From Balanoglossus misakiensis (Eukaryota > Animalia > Hemichordata), in the NCBI GenBank assembly GCA_040954595.2, contig CM082582.2, positions 10,717,483-10,781,482 on the forward strand: a DNA stretch of 64,000 nt. Direction: 5' to 3'. The number at the start of each line of letters is the position of its first letter. The stretch's first letter is position 1. The position numbers and the translations under genes are program-made. Below, piece after piece: positions 13,601 through 25,473 of this stretch. Below the pieces are notes generated by a model, which saw only the letters and a program-made list of their open reading frames with translations, was not told where the DNA came from and ran no database searches.

Positions 13601-16600
13601 GGTGCTACTTGGGAAACCCTGAAAAGTCAACTCAAAAGTGCAGGTGGTTGCATCATTCTCCGGAACTGTAATCGCTTGAATATTTTGGGGAATCTTTTGC
13701 GTTGTGATATTTTATTATACTAGTTCTATCTTTCAAACAATGGCACTTAACGCCAAATAAATGATCCAATATCAAAACTGGCAATGATGAACACGATAAT
13801 TGCGTGGAAATAGATATTTAGCAGCCCCTCTACCCCCCCCCCTCCTCCAGGCGTACGACAAGCGACCGGCCGTCTTTTGGGCGATATCGTTTTCTTCAAG
13901 ATATACACCCCCCTTGACCTCATATGCAAATAAACTTGATAGGGCGAGGGGTCCTATATTTTGCAGGAAGCAACTCCATGACTGTGACCCGGTGTGGCCC
14001 GATCGGTCCAGGACAGTTTGCATGTATATGGGTGTTAGAGGTTCATCACATGTCAACGAACGATGCTTCACCCGGCGACAACAATGCTGAACATGGTGCT
14101 ATACCACAGTCCACGCAATGAATGACAATATGAGGTCGGTAAATAACGACTTTATTTCAAACATCCCCGTTTTCTGACCCATCATGATTTTGCAAAAAAA
14201 AGACGAACGCGTGTGCCAATAGTTAATATCAATTTCAGTCTGCAGGAAACATACGAAAACCCAAACGCAAAATAGATAACCACGTGACATAACCCATAAA
14301 TGACATATCAGCCACGTGGCATCATACGGCAGGGATGGAACCGGACACGTTCCATAACTTGAGGGAATGAAAACAGTGAATACGATATGAATCGAGTATA
14401 ACCGCGTAGTTTAAATTTAGACCAGAATTATGTCCGTTTTATTACAATTGCAGAAAAACGTTTACCTCGCGTACCAGAAAGACGGATAAGGTTGTCCGTC
14501 CGACCACATGTTCGAACTCTGATGTACCCAGCTGACAGGTCGACCTTTTTATTTTGCCAAGTTACAGGTTATCGTGCGACAGGTAAAAACGATACATCAC
14601 CCAAAGGTGATGTGTTGTTTGCGATGCCATTGTAGGGTAATTTATACCACGTCATGAAGTAGCGGGTCCAGTCAACACAGTCAAGTCTCGCCCCGGTATG
14701 AGAGATGCGGGAGAGCAAAGGGCGTTTCCCAAAAACTTTTTCCTTGGGTTCGCTAAAAATGTGAATCTGAGTTGAGTCCACACGTCACAGGAAAGTAAAC
14801 AGTAGAGAGAGTGCGACACGAGGTTTTGGTTTACCCAGATACTACCGTATGTGCACTCGGCCAGTTAATTTCATTCTGATGCAAATCAAGGCTACGACTT
14901 TTATGATCAAATTGCACGTGGGGACCGGTTGATACCAGTTGCACAAAGGGGAAGGCGGGAAAACCACAAAAGCGTTTTAAGCATGGTTAAATTCCTATTT
15001 CGCTTTACTATCACAAACAAAAGTTTCTCTGCTACTTAACAGGATTTTAGATTATCTTCGTCGTCACCCATTTCTGATGCAATAAAATGTAAATCTGGCA
15101 CTTGCATATGTCAATCACGTGGGCGATTTGAGGGGAGAGACTCTTAATTTTAGTTGGACGTACTGGTACATGATTCTTGACTTGAGAAATTCGTACTATG
15201 AGGTTGTCCGTTTCAACACAAGACTATTTTTTATACGGGGAAATTACCACACTACTTTTATACGCTTATACACGACTGATAACTTATTTTCATAACTTCG
15301 TGATGTGACAGTGCATGCATGCTACTTTAAGAGAGGGAGGGGCGGGAATTTTTTTTCAGTGTGCATGTCTTGTCTACAGTTTTGAATAAACCCATTGATT
15401 TTACACTGATGCAAATCGATAGGCCATTGTGGACGGGAGTCAAGAGAAGCATGGAGTAAACACACAAAAGAAAACGGAGAAGTACAGCCAGGGTTCAACA
15501 AATCAATCTAGCTAGTAATATATTTTTATTTCACTTTGCATTAAATACGGATATTCTCCTATGGTCCATGATCTGACCTACATTCACTTCTGAAAGCGTT
15601 TCATTGAAAGTCCGCTGATCCCCGTGTGAAATTGTGTTGAGGGGAAGAGGGGTGTAATTCTCTCTTACTAGCAAGAGGGGTTTACTTATCCGTGTAAGAG
15701 AATATAGACTGATACTTGTTCCGTATAATGTGTAGTCTTATCACTATGCTGACTAGACTACAGTTGCTGTAATGTTGTATGAAGTATGTTGTTGGCCGCA
15801 GCCGCGTGCCACGCAAAAGTAAAGCGTCACCATAATATTTGTTGGTAGTTTCCCCGAGTTCTTTACTCCACACACTCGACACGTGAAGTGTAGCGATTGC
15901 ATCATATCGGGGGCATGGAAACAAACACCGCCACTCTGCGATTTCATCATCCACAACACACATAACGAATGCTTTTGTAAATTGTAGGGAATCGTGATTG
16001 TAAAAACAGGAACTGTGAACACACCCAACAAGAATCTAATTTTATTTCCCCATACTGGGGATGGAGGGGGTGGCATGGCAACCCGGGGAGCCGGGCCTCG
16101 AGGACAGGACGCTGACGACGGTCACGTGTTCACTATTGTTTTAATGTACTATGGTTCCAGACCGGGGATCCAGTTTCTAAAGTTTATTCCGTCGCGTCGT
16201 CCGATTGTCCGGAGAAAACAGTCGTGTTAGCCGAACAAGTTTTGGCCTATTGACAAAATAACTATGGTTTTGACCTGGAAAAGTGTAACTGTTAACCTAA
16301 GCATCATACTAGTACTAGTAGTACATGTAATTCCAAATAATTTGCTATAAAAATGAGTTTTATTTCAGCATTCAACTTCAGCCAAACGATGATCCTACTT
16401 CGAATTTTAAATCGTGAAATAGACATGTTAAGTGTTTGGTTGTACATGCTCAGTTATGGGTCATGGCCTTTTGCTAAGTTGGAAGGCCATATGGTCAAAA
16501 CCCGGGGTCGAAACCCAGCCAGTCCGAGACCGGCGGAGGTCTCTCACTGACCAGGCACACGTGAATCCATACAGATTACAAGGGCAACGTTACCCGGGTG

Positions 16601-17536
16601 TCGCGTGGCTTGGACAGGATGGGTTATCTGTTCTGAAGTGTATTTACTGTTGATATTGGTTTATGTAGTGCATTGTGTTGACTTGTGACTGAAGAGCACA
16701 TTAGCATAGCAAAAGGCAAAGGTGAAATATTGTGAAGCGTATGGCTTCATCATTTCGATGTGTGAATAATATTGAAGGCCAAAAAAGCTAATAATTTTAA
16801 GCAGTTCCGCATCCGAGAGCCCTGAAATATGGTTAAAATCAACAAAACACAGAGGTTTGGTCCGGAAGCAGGTTTACAATGAAGATGGGTTATGTAACGA
16901 AGTAAGGCAACCCGGTGTGTCGACCGGTCGTTGGTAAGTATCTCAATATATAAAATTACAGTCTGATATATAAGTGAATCTGGATTTCATCAATGTGTAC
17001 TTACGTAGACAGAGAGCTGCCAGAAGTTCTACTGCGATCTCGGGTGGCGGGCAGTCGGGATCAGGGAACATCGGCTGGAGTATGTAGTTTGCAAACACCA
17101 AGGCTATAATAGCCTGCGACGTCGGCCTGATGATGATCAGGGTTATCCACAGCAGCAGGAAAGCCGGTAGCTCGCCGAAGGCCTCCAAGATGTAAGCGTA
17201 GTCTCCACCCGATTTCAGGATAGAGGTACCGAGCTCGGCGTAGCAGAGAGCTCCGATCATTGAGAAAAGTCCACAGGTTCCCCATACGATGAGGGACATC
17301 CCGACTGACCCGCAAAACTTCACGACACCGACAGGTGAAATGAAAATGCCCGATCCAATGATGGTACCAATGATTATAGTACAACCATTGAGGAGGCTGA
17401 TCTGGGGCTTCATTTTCACCACATCCACATCCCCATTCGGCATGCTTCCATCTCCATCTCCGACTGGATCATAGATTTTCTTACCCCCGGCAGCACGTTT
17501 ACTGAGCGAAGGGTCGGTATTCTTGTCCTTACCCAT
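4619..17536 (-). CDS. L-type amino acid transporter light chain (SLC7A5/SLC7A8, LAT1/LAT2-like); first five coding exons, remaining 3' exons not found in window
   Basis: GT-AG exons in consistent phase: 17536-17005, 11453-11328, 6157-6058, 5042-4998, 4742-4619. They give [26 protein letters not shown] (TM1 GSG motif), [18 protein letters not shown] (Cys at the heavy-chain disulfide position), [31 protein letters not shown] and NLPRAIIIS. Confidence 0.93.
10903..16563. promoter_or_regulatory. Intronic enhancer-like region of the SLC7 gene rich in CARE/AARE, E-box, CRE and X-box motifs
   Basis: TGATGCAAH (either strand) at 13128, 13647, 14877, 15075, 15407, 15896; ten CACGTG copies; TGACGTCA at 12514; GTTACCATAGTAAC at 13388. 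Confidence 0.6.
12091..12134 (+). repeat. (GA)n microsatellite followed by poly-G tract
   Basis: gagagagagagagagagagg..gggggggggggggg; a similar (GA)n + poly-G unit is at ~19678-19711. Confidence 0.8.
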
Positions 17537-20500
17537 GTTTAGTCAGAAAGAAGGCAGCGGTATTAAAAACAAGCGGTACTGGAACTTGGACGCGGTGTAC
17601 GTTAGTAAGGTTAACAACGGAACTTGCTCGGCGGCGCGTCGATTGTGTTACTATCTTTCGCAGAGCTACCTTATGACAATGCACCGTTCTTAATATTTGA
17701 TGAATGTCTACTAAGTTGCTCAAGAAACATTACTGTCTGTGTCCCATATGGCGAATATAGCTTCGTGTAGCGTGTAGGGCAGCAACACCCACCGACGAGC
17801 AGCATGCACACCGACTGAATGAATGCAAGTGACAAATTGTATACATGTACATGCGCACAACGCGTGGATGTGCGCGAGCTCCATATCAACATAAAGTCAA
17901 AGGTTACAACTGACCAATAGGAAGTCTGCATTGCGGATCACTATTCGCGGTTGGCTATAAACAGTTGTCAATGAACACTTTCTCGTAATACGTGTATTAC
18001 AACTCAACTGTATCCATGGTACAAGTTACCCAAGTAATACTAACTTCATCTTTCGCATAAAAAAACTACCGTTGTTTTTCGTCAGTTGTACTTCTTACTG
18101 TCGATGTGAATATTAAAGTGTCCAGATCTCTGATCCCATGGACATATGACGCTAAACCGCAGACGGAATATCAAAAACAGGAAATTTATAATAAGCGAAA
18201 TTCTCTCTCTAAAAAAAAGTGCGAAACTATATTTCACTCCTTCGATCTTCTGTGTAACCGAAAACATACGCAAAAAAAGAATGGCGAGAAAGGGGAACAC
18301 GCTGGTACATGAGGACATGAACGTGCAACGACATTGCATCATCTTTTTCAGCTTACTCACTGTGACTAGCTATTACTGAGTACCACATATTGCCACGCTT
18401 TTACCACCGTGCTTTTACATTCACGCTAAATATGGATCACGATTTAGGTGTCGTGCCATCGTGGTAGATGTCTATATTTACACATTTCAGATTTCTAAAT
18501 ATATTATTGGAAGTTTTGATGAAGCGGCTGCGTTGCACACAATATAGATGTGGACATGCGGCTATACTTCGAACAGATGCACACACGAGGACTCTCACTG
18601 TCGACCGTGCGCATGAACGAAAGAATCGTCGCACATTTCCCCACAAAAACGGCCATACATGGGAAATTTTGCACGCACGCAAATAACAGGAAACGAAAAA
18701 TATAGCGCACCCAGGTAATATTAATATTTTTCATGAATGCTCAATTTTCCTTGAATGATGCTCAATTACCAGGAAGATGCGGACTTTCGAAACTGAAACC
18801 CGGAGTGGGAAAAAATGAAACAGGGCCGCAGCAGTCGTTTTCTAGCAACACGTACGCTTCAGAATAATTACTACAAGATTATTTTCCCTACAAATAATAT
18901 CATGTAGTCCATAGTGTGGAGTTTCGTACCATTGATCATGAACAATAAAGTGCGCTCTCGCGCGACGAAATGGAGCATGGTTTCAAAGAAAAAGTGAAGC
19001 ACATCTGAAGACAAGTGAACGTTTAGCTCTGAAGAGACGTGTGAGTTTTTGGGTATTCTGTATGTTTCTTTGAGACCAAGACAAAACCGCCAATCCCCCA
19101 GAAAACGACCCACCCTATATATACCTGTTGTATATTCCATGTTTATATTGAGGTGTGAGCACCTGTGACTAAAGAAAAGCCTCGTCAGATTGTTTACCCA
19201 CATGGCTGTATTTGGTTTACAAGACAATGCATGACAATGGGGTTTCCTCACTTCAGAACCCCCTGCTGCGTCGTAGGATAAACCATACCGATTTCTGCAC
19301 ACCGTCTTTCTTGAGGGAATGTGGTTGATGAGACACGGTCCTTATTTCTTGAGGAGAAACTGACTTTGTCGTATCTAATAAGGCTGGACTACTTCACGGT
19401 CCATTTCCCCCACTGCAAGTGGATTTGAGAAAACAATGGAGAATTTTACATACAATGCTTGCTTGTCTGTACAAGTGGGTTCATCAGTGAAATGGACATT
19501 AAATTAGCGCTCATCTGATGTCCTGCCAGCTGATTGTATGGAAATCAGCACGAGGTGACCCCGTCATCCTCGCGAGGACAATAGCCCATACGCGGCGTGA
19601 CCGTGAATGCTACCGTAGATCCCATTGTCTGTTAAAAACAGATGCTGAAACGCCCTGTGCGAAGAGAAGGAGGGGGTAGAGAGAGAGAGAGAGAGAGAAG
19701 GGGGGGGGGGGAGACGTGAAGAATAAACGAGACACAAATCTAGGAAAATGTGTTTATAGTCATCGAATCTTGTCTCGCCGACAACATAGATCAATATCAA
19801 TTAAGACGAATGCGACGACAGAAAATTCAAATGTGCGATTAAAAATCAAGGATATTCACGCAGAAGTCTAAGCTTTCTGTGACGTAACCAACACAATTGT
19901 AATCTAGATTTGTTTTTTAATTATACGGGTGTTCTGTACCAGCCGATGTTTTACTCTAAAACTTAACACATTATCTTACAATTATCACAAAAGAAGCATT
20001 TTGGGATGCTTTTTACCCGCTTCTTGTATGATAACCTCGATAACCAACGGTCATCGCTCGATTAAATATCAACTCAATTTTACAATGTTCCCTTACATAA
20101 GTCAGGCTCAGATCGCAAAAAGCTGTTGTTTTAATGAATAACCTTTTTGATTGAGATATTTCAGATTTGTCACGTTCTAATTGAATGTCCATTCATTCGA
20201 TTTCCATCCACCGGGTGTGCATCTTAACACTTTCCATCACAATGTACCAATTAGAATTAATGAAACGACACATTTGTATGTAAATAGAATTTGAATTTAC
20301 GCACGGTAGAGAGTTTGACGTCGTACACGCCGATAATTTTACAAAGTTTTATTTTAATAAGATTGGATAAACATGTTCAATGCTGTCTATAATTCTTACA
20401 GGTGAAAAAAATGACGTAACGACAGGAAAAGCAATATTAATTTGGGATGTAATGGTATAAATTTCGTGATTGTGATTTGGCCTTCAATGATATTTATTTT

Positions 20501-21363
20501 ATTGAACTATTTACATGTATTACACCACGGTAACAAGATCAGACTTGCATGCAGAACTAATCCTAGTCGCATGCAAGCTGCTTCCAGTGGCATACGCCAT
20601 CAGCGGCTAAAGCGCGACTTTCTTCGGTTCTGCCGATAGTAGTCGCCCTATACGGAATGCTTGGAATGGGGACTCTTTTATTAGTAGGTTTGTGAATATC
20701 ATAATTCATATTGAACTTCGCGTGTTTATTACGTTATGACGTGACAGTCTTGTACAGATACATCTGTGATCGATGTAAATAATATTCTATGTAAATACTG
20801 TGGACTAAAAGAAATATTTATATAGGCGACTTAATTACTTCAGTCAGTACACACCTTGAAAATCGATAAATAATTAAAAGATACGTGCTGTAGAGACAAT
20901 GATCATTTAAATTTTTTATAATAGAGATAATTAAACTACACATGTGTCTCGGATTCGCGACAGTTGGTCAGAGTTATTAAAACAATAGTCGACCAAAAGC
21001 ATTCTTTTTTGTTTCAACTGTTGCTGCTACAGTTTTGGTAAAATACCTCAGTTAGCTTTAATGATATAAAAAGAAGATAATCTAGTTTTGTCGTACAGTA
21101 TAAACATGTAAGACTTTCTCACTATATTCCTGAATCTTTAGTATGTAGTTTGGGACTGTTTCACATTCCTTCATTTGGTACTTGTATTAAAGTGTGAGAT
21201 TCAACAAACTATAATATTACGGTGTTGTTCTTATAAATGCCCTGAATACGTGGATTGCTAATTATTAACCCACATTCCCTCAAGTTTTCCCTTCTGTGGG
21301 CAATTGTCTATGGGCAACAAATTACGGGTTTTGGGAGCATTTGAATTCGCCTCCCAGATTCAA

Positions 21364-23865
21364 CTAATTTGTTTTGTATAAGCGCCTCTTGTTGATAGCT
21401 TTCACCTTCATATAGTAAGCGGCGATGACGCCACACAGCAGAGCGACGATCACCAACAGGATTATGGTCACGATGATGAAGGCGTTGATGAGCTGCGTCA
21501 CCTGACCGGGGGTCAGCGATAGTCCCAGATCCCCACCGATAGAGTCGATACAGTTGGTGGGCATGGCGGGACAGGTCGTGGCTCTCAACTCTGGAAGGTA
21601 GTCCAGCCAGAGAGCCATGGTGCTGGCCTTGGCGTGGTCGCTCACTGTCACTTCCAGGTCGAAGTTCAGGTACTCTTGGGTGTCCACCGTGTACTCGGGC
21701 CAATCCACTTCAACCGTCTCTCCGTTGTTCGGATTTCTGAAGAAAAGAAATGCGAACGATTTAGTTAACAGTATGTGGCCTGGTCCCATCTGGTTTCCAT
21801 GGTGAAATAAGAAAATTACGGTTTTTTTCTCTCATGTCTCTGGTAACCATCCGACCATGATAGCCCTATACAGTCAGACTGGTCATGACTCTCGTATACC
21901 AAATTGTCCCACAAGATCTTGTCAGTCGGTCACGCATGAAGCTACACATATCTACAACATGTACAGGTCATATCCTGGCTGGAATAAATCAGCGCTAGCC
22001 TAATGGGTTGGAGGCCACATTCAAGACTCTGTAGGTCGACACCACAAAAGCCACACTGCGGAGGCCTTCTCGTCTGTCATACTTTAATATCCACCACTCT
22101 CAGCGCCCACCAGCGTGGCTTAATTACCATTTGAAGTTTAGCACTATCCAGTGGACAGTTCCTCAAGAGGGACTGTGATACAGTACAGTAATGGTACTCA
22201 TCTACAAACGGTTCAGTTGACATCTAGTTCACCTTTTCAGGTCAGTGACGAGAGATTTCTGGGTTATGTACAAAGAGTGGATGTTCAATGAATGAAAAAA
22301 ATGGAACTAGTATAACTGTAAGTTAATATGTTCATCTTAGATAAAACCTACCCCGTTTTGACAAAATTGGTCAGGTATTTCATCACATTCCTGCTCAAAT
22401 TGCGCTCCTCGTCGCTGTACGATGACTGTTGAACCAGCGGCTCGCCGAAGAAGTACGGCTTCTCGTCGCCATGGGTGGCACCCACTCCAAGCCAGTCGGG
22501 ATAGGCGGGGTTGCCGCCGTTGTCGTGAGAGAACTCGAAGAGGAAAGTTGTCGAGTCGTCGTTCGCCGACTTGCAATTGGCGTGCTTGCGCGCCACTTCG
22601 ATGGTAGGCGCGATGAAAAACATTTCGCCCGCAAGCCTGAGAAAATTCTTCAGTCTGCTCAAGTCGCTCGACGGGTCCGACCAATCTGTGTAGTGATTCA
22701 CGACCGCTCCGTGCATAAGGTTCAAGTCGTCATCGCCGTACGATATTAAGACGTCGCTTACTAGTTCCACAAACGCGGCTCTTGTCATTCCAGGATCGCC
22801 TGCGAGATCCGTCATGTAGTTGCGAAAGTTTGGTACCGTATAAGTAAACTTTCCTTCAAAAGTATTAAAGCCAAGCAAATAGTCGTAACCTGTGAAGTTC
22901 AAGCTGGAATCTACCAACAGTTCTGGTTTCATGGGGATAAAGTGTCCGTCGACGACGGGCTGAAACTGCCTGCCATATACGTCGGCAGAAGCGATACTTG
23001 GATTGTTGTCTATAATTTCTTGCCACGGTTTCGTTCGGAGGCAGGATATCAGCTTTCTGCTGTCGTATACGTCTGTGCAATTTAAAGCCACGCCCAGTTG
23101 GCGCGCCCAGGACACCGGTTTCTCGATCAACATCCTCGAGGACGGCACTCCGCTAATGCAGATAGCTCTTTGAAAAAGTCCTTCGTTTGATGGCGACAGC
23201 ATCTGGAACCCGACGCTAACACTTCCAGCCGATCGTCCAGAAGCGGTTATCTTTTCTGGGTCACCACCGAAAGCAGCAATATTGTCTTTCACCCAGCGAA
23301 ACGCCATTTGCTGGTCCAACAGTCCGTAGTTACCCCTCGAATACTCGTCCATGGTGCTGAGAAAACCAAGTGCGCCAAGGCGGTAGTTTACCGTGACGAC
23401 GACGACGTCGTGGAGGGCCGCCAGAGTTGTCCCGTCAAAGACCAACGTGGTCCCGTAGGTGAAAACGCCACCGTGTACGAAGACTATCACAGCGAGATTG
23501 CTCGCATCGTCGGGTGCGTAGACGTTCAACGTGAGGCAGTCTTCGTCCATCGTGGTATGCGCGATCCTGCCGTCCAATCTGCTTATGACCGTCGGAAGCT
23601 GAGCGCAGATGGCGCCGAATTCGGTGGCGTTCAACGTATCCGTCCAAGGTTCCACCGGTTCGGGGGCTCGAAATCGGTAACGTCCAACAGGTGGTCGAGC
23701 GTAGGGTATCCCGAGAAAGACGCTGACGTTAACCCCGTGGGCTTCTTCCGTCAGACCGCGAACGGGGCCAGAATTCGTGGCCAATTCAGGCTGGGTCTTC
23801 ACCAGACGGATTGCTAGTAAACACGTCAACAGGAACAGAGTAAAATCGGCTTGGAAGTTCGCCAT
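21364..23865 (-). CDS. Type-B carboxylesterase/cholinesterase-family protein with signal peptide and C-terminal transmembrane anchor
   Basis: Exons 23865-22352 and 21736-21364. Motifs: FLGIPYARPPVG, EDCLTLNVY, HGG, NYRLGALGFL, GNYGLLDQ, FGGDP, GRSAG (Ser), NTFEG (Glu), GATHGDE (His), NFVKTGNPN, then hydrophobic FIIVTIILLVIVALLCGVIAAYY followed by a basic tail. Confidence 0.93.
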
Positions 23866-25031
23866 TATACGGGAAACGTTTTGAGATACTCAGTATGACA
23901 AGACCAGGCAGGAGTAAGCACCTTATAGCACCGAGCGAAAGTGCAGATGTGCAACAGCGAATAAGTGGTTCACGAGAGAGACCTCTGATCGAAACCTTTT
24001 GTGATGCAAACCGTCTTGGCGAGTAAAGCATGACCGATTAATTCTTCGAGGACAATCGCATAAAGGAACGGAGCAGTGAAAGGCGTGCTTATATTTTCAG
24101 AAAGGCCGCGAAGAATGTGAAGGACGCCACTTTCGTATAAGACACGACCCATCTCACCGTGTCGTGGTGACTCATCCCACAAGCTCCCAATGGAGCATGT
24201 ACCGAAAAGAAACTTAAAATTTGACCAAAAATGGACAATAATTTTTGAAGTCACCAATTTATTGTACTCCTGGTAAACTTAATTACAAGTCAATATATAA
24301 ACATTAGAAATATCAGTTGCTTGCACTGACAGAGTGACAGTTAATGGGAACACAGTGTGTTGCTATTAAATAAAATAATACTGTATGTGGTTTGCTGTAA
24401 CCATAATTCATGTCAACTTTGTACTGCAATGAGTAAACTGGAAAATAAACGTAATTTATGGAATGGTACGTATAAAACTGAACAACAGCATATTAACTAT
24501 ATCGTTTGATAGAACGGGAAATTGTTAGTCAAACAGTATCTCTGTTGCAATTTTTTTTGAAGACCTACATACTGGAGAAATGTTTTGGCAACTTTATCAT
24601 GACTGAAAAACAACTGCACAGAGGGTGAAAAGGCATGGTTTTTGTCAAATTCTCATACTTTAGTTGGAAAAGGTGACCAAAGACCAAACCGACTCGTGAC
24701 TTGCACACTGAGTGGAAACCCTGACTTACTTCAATACTGCCGATGTTTTAGTCTGGGCTGTTAAAGAATAATCTCGGACTTAAAGTCCTTTGCCCATCAA
24801 GCTGTTGATGGAAAAATGTTTGATGACTAATCTACACTTAAATATGTTTTAGTAAATAATATCGAAATCGGAGGAAAAATTATGAAAATAAATATGCTAT
24901 TGTGCTGATATGAAATATTATCACCAGAAGAGTTTCTTCTGGGTTTTAAATTCATATATGTACAAAACATTAAAATAACTACACCAAATTTGCTGAAACC
25001 ATATCGACAGCTACAAACGCATGCAATTGAA

Positions 25032-25049
25032 CAGCGCCCCCTAGCGACC
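25032..25049 (-). promoter_or_regulatory. CTCF consensus-like site
   Basis: Reverse complement reads GGTCGCTAGGGGGCGCTG; it lies between the rhophilin stop codon and the carboxylesterase promoter. Confidence 0.5.
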
Positions 25050-25473
25050 GTACCCTGTCACGAAGGTGCCTTACAACATGTACTTGTTCGAACCCTTACG
25101 ACTGTAAAGAAACTGAGGACTTGTACCTGGATACCAATCACACATGGCTGAGTTGAAAATTCATGTTTAACAAATTAAACATTCAAGATATCAGACACAC
25201 TGTATAATTTTCTGGGAAGACATGGGGTGACATACACACACATGGATAACATAATTTATGGAAAAATACATCTCTTAAATCCTAATATCAAATATTTTAC
25301 ATTCATTTGTAGGATTTCTATATTTTACAAAAATTATTACCCATCCCATTTTACATTCATTTTAATAATGGATGCATAACTTATGGTCATCTACACAATG
25401 CTTTCATTTCTGAGGACAGTGTTGACCCTATTCCAAATTTCCCAAATGGACATTTCCCATCAGTGCTTGGTGG

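Noticed and set aside
19240-19500. Intergenic stretch with exon-like composition
   Set aside because: The + strand frames I translated are interrupted by stops and no family was recognised; it may be a degraded repeat but cannot be supported.
23308-23817. 169-aa antisense ORF inside the carboxylesterase (similar antisense ORFs lie inside XRCC2 and SLC7 exon 1)
   Set aside because: Shadow ORFs caused by GC-rich codon usage; no recognisable domain.
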